A stretch of DNA of 64,000 nt from assembly GCF_000315625.1 (NCBI RefSeq), contig NW_005434579.1, positions 199,713-263,712 of the forward strand, given 5' to 3'. Within the stretch, counting starts at the first letter, position 1. Every line of letters begins with the position of its first letter. Position numbers and translations under genes: made by a program. The notes under the pieces are model-generated. The model searched no databases and was not told the origin of the DNA. It worked only from the letters and a program-made list of their open reading frames with translations. Shown here piece after piece: positions 54,181 to 64,000 of this stretch. Origin of the DNA: Guillardia theta CCMP2712. Its lineage: Eukaryota; Protista; Cryptophyta.

Positions 54181-57100
54181 TCAACTCCGTTTGAATAGCT
54201 CCTTCAGCTCCTCCTCCCTCCAGCCGTTGTCCCTTGCGTTCTCCCACACGGTCTCTCCTGTGACATGTGAGGAGGAGGAGGTACGAGCGAGCAGTGGAGT
54301 GACCTGTTGTCGGTTCTGCCAAGTTGAAGTTGAGGCCAAAGTCTGCCAACAATTTGAAAACTTCTTTATCCTGTTTACATGGTTAGTTACGGTCATCCCC
54401 TTTGTCTTCTTCCCCTGCCCCGCATCACCATATCATCATGTCATCATCATCTTCGTCTCCATCCTCCTCCTCCACCACCACCTCCTCCTCCTGCTCCTCC
54501 TCATCTTCCCTCCCATCGTCCCTCACCTGCCGCAACAGAGCATAGAAAGCAATCGGCACGTCCGCAGCGTCCCTGCTGTCAGGGTTCGCCCCGTGCTCGA
54601 GCAACACCCGAGTCATCCTCGGCCCCACCCCTTCCTCCACGCACACTGCAAGTGCCTGCTCCTTTTCTCAGCTCCTCAACCTCCTAGCTTGACAGCAGGT
54701 CGCCCACCGATCTCCCAGCTTCGTCCTTGACCTCCGCCTTGACGCCATGGCACAGCATCACACGGACCTTCCTCGTCCTTGTCACCATCGTCCCACCTCA
54801 CTTCCCAACTGTTGCTCTGCTCTCTGACAGGCCTCGTCTGACTCCTCTCATTCCTCGGTCGCTCCACTCCTCTGCCCCGTCCCTTTCTTCAAAGTTTTCC
54901 TCTCCTCCTTCTCCCCCCCCCCTCTCCCCTCTCCCCCCCTCTCCCCTCTCCTCTACCGTCTCATGGGCGCTGCTCCTGATGCCGTCGAAGAGAGCGTCGC
55001 TGAGTTTCTTCCCCACCTGCTCCTCCGCTCACCCAACAATTCGAAGACGTGCAGGAGGAGGGAGGAGAGGGAGGAGAAGGAAGCTGAATAGGGAGACTGT
55101 CCAACTCTCCAGGGGTTTGAGAGCAGAGGAAGAGCAGGAAGAAGGAGGGGAGATAAAGTGGGAAGGGAAGATAGGAGAGAACAAAAGGAGGAAAGAAGCG
55201 GAAGAAAGAAGAGGAGCAGGACAGAAGTGAAGGAAAGAGCAGGGCGACAGAGGAGGACAAAGAGAAGGAAGAGGAGGAGGAAGCAGGAGAGGGGAGGAAG
55301 CAGTATCGCACACAAGGGGGAATATCATGACTGACCTCCTGGTAGAAACCATGGAGGGCGGCGAACTCCAGCAAGTGACAACCCCCCTCGTTCTCAGCTG
55401 GGCACAGGGGCAGGGCCCCGGCTGAGAGGAGAGCTCGGACGGCCCACACGTTTCCCACCTCGAGCGCAAAGTCAAGGGGTCCCTTCCCTGCAGCTCGTCA
55501 AATCAGGAGGCGACCTAAAGGCCAATGCAGAATCTCGACGCTCCTTCGTGGAGAGCCAGGGTGGAGGAGGAGGGTAGGCAAGGGGGGAGGGGGGGGGGGA
55601 GAGCAGGAGGAAGGAGGACTGCAGCAAGGAGGAAAGGCAGGGAGGAAGTAAGCGGGGAAGGAGGACATGGAGCAGGTGGAGGAGGACATGGGTTAGGTGG
55701 AGGAGGAGAGGTAGAACAGGATGGTAGATTCTCAGCTCTCAACACCTGAGATGAGATGCGCGCAGTTTGGATCAACTCCGGACACCAAGAAAGCTTTCAG
55801 GACTTCCTGCCCGAGTTGGCTGCTGACTGTCGCCATGTAGTGAAGTGAGTTGTGACCAGAAGGGTCGTAGGCCATGCAGTCTCCTCCTGTTGGTACAAGA
55901 TGACTTTTAGCACACCGTTGCTCCGCCATCACCACCACTGCCTCCTTCTACCCTTACTCCACTTCCGCTTCCTCCTCCACCACTACCTTCTCCACCACCA
56001 CTTCTACCACATCCTCCTCGTCCTCCTTCTCCTCCTCGTCCTCGTCCTCGTCCTCCTCGTCCTCCTCGTCCTCCTCGTCCTCGTCCTCGTCCTCCTCCTG
56101 CCTCTTCACCCCTCATCCTGATATTCGAAGAGAAGTAATCTTTCACATGTTCATGTCTCCGACCCTCATCATCCTTGATTGTATCCTGAAACCCCCCCCC
56201 CTCCTCCACCTCCCCCCTGTCCTGCCTCCCCTCCCCCCTCCCCCCTCCCCCCCCCCCGCCCATCCCGCCGTCTCTCTACCTCTTCGAAAGCTTTCCATCG
56301 CTTTCTTCCAAGATTTTTCATCTCCGATGTAGTTCTTCTTCCCTACCCGAGAGATTCCTTGGATGGAGCTGTTCTGAACCAGCAGCTGCAGCACATCAGT
56401 CAGCCTCGTCACCATCACGACGCGCGCGTATGTTCCATCCTCACATGCTCCTCCCTGGCCCAGTCCGAGCAGACTTGGAGGAGGACCTCTGACTGCTGGT
56501 TGACCTGAGCTACTTTCCCTTTCAGCCTGCTCGCCTGCTCCCTCCTCGTCAGCGACCGCCCACGAGGCTCCATCTGCACGACCTTCCTCCTCTTTGCCAT
56601 CAGCTCCAGCTCCTTGAGCTCCGCCTTGGAGAACTCGTACCGCGCCTGCTTCGCATACCGCACCGGCTGCTCCAACACAACCCCATCTTCCGCATCCTCG
56701 ATCGACGTCGCACTGCCAGAGACGGTCGTCTTGTGTCTCAGCCATCGATAGCTCACTCACCTCACGTTTGGGTTTGCACAATCATCCCAAGTCAGATCGT
56801 CTACGTTGACCCTGCGGGGCTCCTCCTGGATCTGCAGCAGCGCTACGGTCACAGCCGAGCATGCTCGAGGGAAGCAGCAGCAGACACACCATGATCGCCT
56901 GCTTGATCAGCGAGCTGACTGTCCGGGACCTGCACTGAGTGTCAAGAGGTCGCAGCGACAGCGTGGGGGCAAACTTGTTCTCGTTGTTGAGCATGACCGC
57001 CCTCCTTTTCGCACCATAACATCGGACGATGGACTTGCTCATCTGTAAATCTCTCAAAGACTCAGACGTCATGTGTTGATGAACAAAAACAGGTAGAATG

Positions 57101-57204
57101 ATTTCAGCAGATCCTTGAGTAACATCTCGACAGCACGACAAACCTAGACAACTTGCATGGTATTGATTTTCACATCTCTTTACTTCGATGGCATCCTCCA
57201 CCAT
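54181..57204 (-). CDS. Ankyrin-repeat protein, multi-exon
   Basis: Exon peptides GHNSLHYMA...FLVSGVDPN, PLDFALEVGNVWAVRALLSAGA and VLLEHGANPDSRD. Boundaries are approximate. Confidence 0.7.
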
Positions 57205-57799
57205 TCATCCGATTCGAGGCAAGGAGAAGAGCGGTGTATCATCCAGCTATTACTGAGTGTCCAAGAGCCACCTTGTACTCCCTTCTCCTTCCTTTGCCAG
57301 ACAACCTGGTTCTATCTGTCCAGCTGATCTAAAATCGTTTTTCACATCCTTCCCTCGCATCGCTTGTTCTCCCCTTCTCTGCTTCATCTTACTCCCATAT
57401 CCTCATGCTCATCCTTCGTGCTCATCTATCTCACTAATCTCTTCCTCCTCGTCCTCGTCCTCGTCCTCCTCGTCCTCGTCCTCGTCCTCCTCCTCCTCGT
57501 CCCTGCCTCGCAAGGTTCAGCTGCGATCGCATTTCGCGCGCGCGCCAAAGTGTTTCGGGTCTTTTTTTGACCACCCACCCCAACACCCCATGATATGCAA
57601 TGAGGAATAGGGGGTAGTAGTTCAAATTCAAAACTAACTATCCAGCCCGCCTCAATATTTACATAAGAAATACTTCAAGGCAGTAAAACTATGATGATAT
57701 TTGATCTTCAATTCTGACTGCTGTCCCATTTGTTGAATTTTTCTTTAGCTAATCCCATTTTATCCCTCCTCCCACCGCTGATTCTCTACGTTGCGATCC

Positions 57800-58426
57800 A
57801 TGGCCGCAGTCAGTTTGCTGCTGCTGCTCCCGCTCGCTGCTGCTCCTCTTGTGCTTTCAGACGCTGCCAGAGGACTCTCCTCCTCCTCCTCCTCCTCCTC
57901 CTCCTCCTCCTCCATATCAGCTCCCTCTCCGCTGTCCTCCGCCTTCACTCTGCCTTCAGCGGCATGGCAGTGGCGAATGCATGCGGGAGACGTTTATGGG
58001 ATCAGACGTTCGAGCAGGCTATGGTGTACAACGGGGAGAGCGAGGAGGGAAAATGGCATTGTGACGATGGTAGACGATGGTCGAACGAGGAGATCGGTGC
58101 TGAAGGACACGCTCGCTGCCATGTTAGGAGTGAGTGTGCTCGGGAACGCGCAGGCAGGTCATGCGGAGGAGAATAGGGTGGGCAAGGAGATCCAAGAGCT
58201 GAGGACGAGGATGGTGGCGAGCGAGCTCAAACAGCTCCCGGCAGACTTCAGGTCCACCAGCGACATCGAGTACCCGGCATGGCTGGAGGGAACCTGGCAA
58301 GTGACCGCCCGTTTTGACAACTTTAGCACACCGCTCGGAGTGAAGGTGTGGACATGCGATTAGAGTTACGGGCTGAGTGGAGCTTGGGATGGAGGAGGAT
58401 GAGAGCTGTGGTGTTGTATTCCCTTA

Positions 58427-58491
<65 letters not shown>

Positions 58492-59019
58492 CACTCTCTG
58501 GTGATGTTGTTGACCTGGATATCTTCTGTGAACTCGGGAGGAGCGAGTAGTGGCAGCAAGGGCTGCTGTTCTCTCCCGTCGTCTCTTGTCGCCTGCTCAT
58601 CATGTTTGCTCCTGTTCCGCAGTTTCTTGGCGGATCGTCTCCGGAAATCAACCAGAAGTCATCGGAAGAAGCTAGAAGCAAGGTGAACGTGTGTTTGATC
58701 GCTCTCTTACATGCTCACGGCTGGGCTCGATCCAGATAGGATCGACGGTCGACTACCAACTTCGATTCGAAAAGCTCGGCAGCGGCAAAGTAAGGAGAGA
58801 GGAGGAGGAGATGATGGTGATGTGACGAGAGGAAAGGTCAGAGAAGACAGGTTGTTCAACACCGAGCAGAGGCTGAATGCTTACGCAAAGAGGACGGTGA
58901 GATCTTGATGATGGAGATGATGATGGAGATGATGATGATGATGGAGATGATGATGATGATGGAGATGATGATGATGATGATGATGAAAACATGATGATGA
59001 TGATGGAGATGATGATGGA

Positions 59020-59077
<58 letters not shown>

Positions 59078-60634
59078 ATGATGATGATGATGATAATGAC
59101 GACGACGACGACGATGACGATGATGATGACGACGATGATGACGAAGATGACAATGGTGATTCAGGTTGTTCGAAGCGTCGAGTATGTTGCAATTGATCGC
59201 GGACAAGCAACCAAGGAGCTCAACACTTTGACATACTACAAGGGAGGTCTGGTAAGACAAGTGCTGCGATTGTGACCTTCTTTTGTTTGTTTTGGTCCTT
59301 GTTTCTCCTCCTCTTCCCTACCCTGCCTTCTTTCTCTTTCCTTCTTCTCTGTCCTTCTCTGCTGACGCAGCCACCCCTCCTTCTCTTTCCTCCTCTTTTC
59401 TCCTTCTCCTCTATGTTCAACTTTTCTTTCTTCTGAGTAGTTGCGAGTGTCTTGTCTTAAACCTTGACGGCTCTCTGATGTGAATGTTTTAATTGTCTTC
59501 TCCCTCTCTCAGGTGGGTAAATCCTTCAGCACGAGGAGAAGGTGGAGCGACATCGACTCGAAAGTGTTTTTCTGCGATGAGTGCTCCAGACAACTGTAGC
59601 CTTCCTCTTCGTTCTCCCTCTCCCTCTTCCTCTTCCTCTTCCTCTTCCTCTTCCTCTTCCTCTTCCTCTTCCTCTTCTTCTCCCTCTCCCTCTCCCTCTC
59701 CCTCTCCCTCTTCCTACTCTTCCTCCTTCGCCTCCTCGGCCTCATTTGCTTTCCCGTCCTTATCTTTCCTTCATCTCCCATCGCAGATTTCCCTCCTCCT
59801 CTCCTCCTCTCGTTAGTCCTCTTTTCCAGTTTCCCTGTTTCTCCCTCTCAACATCGTACGTTTCTTGCTGCCGCCAACCCTCCTTCTCTCCCTCCTTCCC
59901 CTCCTTCCACTCTCTTCTTGCCTCTATCTAACTTGATTTTGCTTTCCCTGCTACCATATGTTCTTCCCGCCTGCTGTTTCCCTCTTACCTCTCCTCTCCT
60001 CCTCTTCCTTCTCCTTCTCCTTCTCCTCCTCCTCCACTCCTCTCACCCCTCCGTCCTCTCCCTCTTCTCCTTCCTCTCCTCTTAGGTTCGCGATCAAGTG
60101 CAATCAAGCCGTACAGTCAAAGACTTGTCCTCCTCCTATCGTCACCGACCAGGTTCCTTGCCTGCTCCTAGATCCCTCTGCGTTTCTTCTTCTCCCTCTC
60201 TCGCCACCGTCCCGTCCTCCTCTTCCACTTTTTTCTCCCTCCCCTCCCCCTTCCCCCCTGTCCTTCATCTCCACCTTCCACCACCACTAGCACCACCTCC
60301 ACCTCCACCTCCTCCTGATCCTCCTCTTTTCTGGACCTCCTCCTCCTCCTTCTCCTCCTTCTCCTTATCTTCCTCCTCCTCGCTCCCTGCTGCTGCTGCT
60401 CCTCCTCCTCCTCCTCCTCCTCCTCCTCCTCCTCTTTCTCCTCCTCCTCCTCCCTCACTTCACTTTGCCCAGGAGTCCATCACTGAGTTCGAGGATCTGG
60501 GAGGAGGTCTGGTGCGGGCTCACTTCCGCCTCCTCGGCTTCCTCAACCCCAACTCCGCGCTCTTCTTCGACGCTCGGCAGGAGGCCGTGACGATCAGCGA
60601 CTACACGCTAGAGATGAAGAGGCTGGAGGTGTGA
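57800..60634 (+). CDS. Thylakoid-lumen-targeted protein, DUF6816-like, multi-exon
   Basis: Signal peptide, transit region, then RRSVL-hydrophobic-AGHA Tat-type signal. Mature motifs DIEYPAWLEGTWQVT...TPLG, EDRLFN and FLNPNSALFFDARQEAVTISDY. Confidence 0.72.
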
Positions 60635-60679
60635 GGAGAGGAGGAGGAGGAGGAGGAGGAGGAGGACGACGACGACGAC

Positions 60680-60714
<35 letters not shown>

Positions 60715-61067
60715 AGAGGAGGAGGACGAGGAACAGGACGAGGAGGAGAAAAGCGGAGAAGGGGAGAGACAAGGGGGGAATAGGGATCGCAAGCAGCGAG
60801 GAAGTAGAAAGCAGGAAGAGTAGCAAGTGAGTTGAACAGGAGCAGGAGAGCATCGTAAAGACTTCACAAATTCTTTCACATTCAGCAGAAAATCATTTCT
60901 ACACAGGGCACCGCTCCTCCTGCCTCATCACCCCCTCTCTGTCCTCCCCTCTCTATCGTCCTCCTGCCCCCTCCTCTCTACCTCCTGCTCCCTCCTCTTC
61001 CTTCGCCTCTTCCTTCTCCTCCAAACTCTCCTTCCTCCTGTTTCCCTTCATATTCTCCTTGCTCACT

Positions 61068-61368
61068 TCACGCCCCCTGCGTCGCAGCAGCAGCAGCCAA
61101 CGCAGCCCCGACGCCACTGCCGTCACTGGCTGGGAGGAAGCGAACACCCTGAAGCCGCAGTCATACACAGTTACACCCTCCTACTTCACCAGCATAAACT
61201 CTCCTCCTCCTCCTCCTCCTCCTCCTCCTCCTCCTCCTCCTGCTCCTCCTCCTCCTTCTACCATCATCACACCATCCTCCTCCTCCTCCTCCTCCTGCTA
61301 CTACTACTACTACTACCATCATCACACCATCCTCCTCCTCCTCCTCCTCCTCTCTCCCCGCTATTCTT

Positions 61369-61454
<86 letters not shown>

Positions 61455-61482
61455 CGCTCCTGCTCCTGTTCCTGCTCCTGCT

Positions 61483-61530
<48 letters not shown>

Positions 61531-61539
61531 CCTCCTCCT

Positions 61540-61578
<39 letters not shown>

Positions 61579-62794
61579 GCTCCTGCTCCTGCTGCTCCTG
61601 CTCCTGCTCCTGCTGCTCACCATCTTCGGGCCCAGCAGCTCCTTCAGTGCGCTCTCAATCCTCTCCTCAAGCTTCGGGTACTTGAGGAACAGGGTTCCAT
61701 CCACAGCAACCAGGCAGTCCGAACACCTGCAAGCATTCAGCTCTTGATCCCGCTGCTGTTGCTTCTCCTCCTCCTCCTCCTCCTCCTCCTCCTCCTCCTC
61801 CTCCTCCTCCTCTCTCCTCCTCTCTCCTCACCTGTCCAGGTACTCCGCTACAGCAGCCAACCCAGCAGCAGTGAGACGAGCAGCTCGAGAGCTGACAAGA
61901 CTGAGAGCAAAGTGAGGAGAAATGGTGGTGGTGGTGGTGATGATGATAATTATGACGATGAAGATGACGATGATGATAATTTACGTGCAGATCTTCTTCA
62001 ACACTTGAACATCTTGATCAGAAGCTTTCTCAACACCTGAAGTATAAAATCAGAAACTCATCACCATATTACATATAATTTCTCCTAACTCACCGATGTC
62101 TCGGAGAATCTTCTTGCAGCTGTTGATGTTGTTGTTGGCCTCCAACTTTGACATCACCTGAAGAAGGGATGAGGTGTGAGAAGAGTCAGAGAGGAGGGGG
62201 GGAGGCGGAGGCGAGGAACAGGAAGGAGAATGCATGAAAGCGGTGAGGAGAGGAGAGGAGAGGAGAGGAGAGGAGAGGAGAGGAGAGGAGAGGAGAGGAG
62301 AGGAGAGGAGAGGAGAGGAGAGGAGAGGAGAGGAGGAGGAGGAGGAGGAGGAGGAGGANNNNNNNNNNNNNNNNNNNNNNNNNNNNNNNNNNNNNNNNNN
62401 NNNNNNNNNNNNNNNNNNNNNNNNNNNNNNNNNNNNNNNNNNNNNNNNNNNNNNNNNNNNNNNNNNNNNNNNNNNNNNNNNNNNNNNNNNNNNNNNNNNN
62501 NNNNNNNNNNNNNNNNNNNNNNNNNNNNNNNNNNNNNNNNNNNNNNNNNNNNNNNNNNNNNNNNNNNNNNNNNNNNNNNNNNNNNNNNNNNNNNNNNNNN
62601 NNNNNNNNNNNNNNNNNNNNNNNNNNNNNNNCTTCCTGCCTTGATGAAGGAGTCGTAAACTTCTCCTCCAAAGAGAAGCTCCTGCCATCGTACGATCATG
62701 CTTCTCCTCCTCGTCCTCGTCCTCATTCTCCTCCTCGTCCCTCGTCCCTCGTCCCTCGTCCCTCGTCCCTCGTCCCTCGTCCTCGTCCTCCCCT

Positions 62795-62843
<49 letters not shown>

Positions 62844-62973
62844 CCTCCCTACTTGCCCCCGTTTCTGCTCGTGCCCTCCTCCACCTACCTTGGCGATGAG
62901 CTCTGAAGCCACAAGACGAACGACTTCACCCTGCCAATAAGAATCAGCAAAAACATTGAAAAGAATCACCACC

Positions 62974-63007
<34 letters not shown>

Positions 63008-64000
63008 TCATCTTAGTCTTCATAATCGGCATCTCCATCATCACCATCACCATCACCATCCAAGTTGTCAAGAGTTTGTCCTCTCAACTCACCAGGAACA
63101 TCCCTGAGATCATCTTCTCGTACAGATGCTCCCCCGGATTCACACTCTGAAAAAGAAGGGGAAACGCATCAGGAATTTGATAAAAAGAAGAAAAAAAGAA
63201 CACAACAAAGAACAACACACTCTTGATACCTTGGAGTCGAGCATGACGTCATAGGCCAGGAGAGGAAGCACCTTCATGGTGGAATCGAAACCTCCCCACT
63301 CTGTGTTGATGATATGCTCCTCGTGCTTTCCTGTGGTGTACGTGAGCCAAACAGCAGGAAGCAGGAGCAGGAGCAGGAGCAGAGGGAGCAAGCGGGGGAG
63401 GAAGAGGAAGAGGCGGGGGAGGAAGAGGAAGAGGAAGAGGAAGAGGAAGCTGAGGAGGAGTAGGAAGCGGAGGCGCGACAGGATGGCAAAAAAGGGAGGA
63501 AGGGGTGTTACCAGCATAGGGAGCTGAGAACCAGGTGACGACAGATGGACTGGAGCTGAAGGCAGGGGCCTCGTAAAGCTTCGAAGCCTGGGGTGGTCAA
63601 GACAAGCTGGGAAAGGTCAAAGTGTGACACCTTGGCGACAGATTGCTTGAAGCACAGGTTGGTGCCAGTGCCTACGAAAAGTGAGAGGAGAGCGAGAGAA
63701 AGAGGGCGGGGCGGGGAGGGGGGGAGAAAGAAGAAGAGCGAGAGCGAGAGAAGAGGAGAGAAGAGAAGAGAGAGAAGAGAGGGAGAGGGAGACAAACAGG
63801 GAGAGAAGAGAGAGAAAGGGTGGAGCAGGAGGAGGAAGAGGAATATGAACAGAGAAGGAGATGGAGGAGCAGGAGCAAGAGCACGAGGAGGAGGAGGAGA
63901 AGGAGGAGGACGAAAAAGAGGAGAAGGGAGAGAACAGAGGAGATGGAAGAGCAGGAGCACGAAAAAAGGGAAGGAGGAGGAGGAGCAAGAGCACGAGGAG
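61068..64000 (-). CDS. HXK: Hexokinase, 3' part; 5' end outside the window
   Basis: Exons VGTGTN, IINTEWGGFD, NPGEHLYEKMISGMFLGEVVRL, RAARLTAAG, VAVDGTLFLKYP and DGSGVGAAL; stop at 61068-61070. Confidence 0.95.

Noticed and set aside
61267-61704. RS-domain splicing-factor-like ORF
   Set aside because: It is a (CTCCTG)n intron read through from a hexokinase exon.

Overview
Eukaryotic nuclear DNA from an intron-rich alga with a complex red plastid, most likely a cryptophyte (Guillardia/Hanusia-like). This is inferred from many ~40-60 nt GT/GC-AG introns, signal peptide + Phe bipartite plastid leaders, microsatellite-filled long introns and draft-assembly N gaps. Genes I can support: an ARM-repeat (Vac8-like) gene, a mitochondrial carrier, PNO1/DIM2, a RING protein ending in a CaaX box, tRNA-Glu(UUC), a class I methyltransferase, a SHAQKYF MYB factor, an LPA1/2-phosphoglycerate-kinase-like P-loop protein, an ankyrin-repeat protein, a thylakoid-lumen DUF6816-like protein, hexokinase and several unknown ORFs. 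Main points of interest: (1) a ~3190-aa secreted modular protein with 10 copies of a domain I do not recognise, whose three near-identical DNA repeats differ almost only in a Tyr/Trp-rich hypervariable loop, and with a PA14 domain inserted inside one copy; (2) a head-to-head pair of intronless, plastid-targeted paralogs resembling a catalytically degenerate RelA/SpoT synthetase fold, sharing a gene-conversion-like tract; (3) recurring GC-rich intergenic islands carrying a conserved ~30-bp AT-rich motif, one copy of the associated repeat interrupted by a 348-bp solo LTR with a 5-bp TSD; (4) a strand-polarised GGGT signature upstream of genes. All family assignments come from motif recognition by eye, not from database searches.
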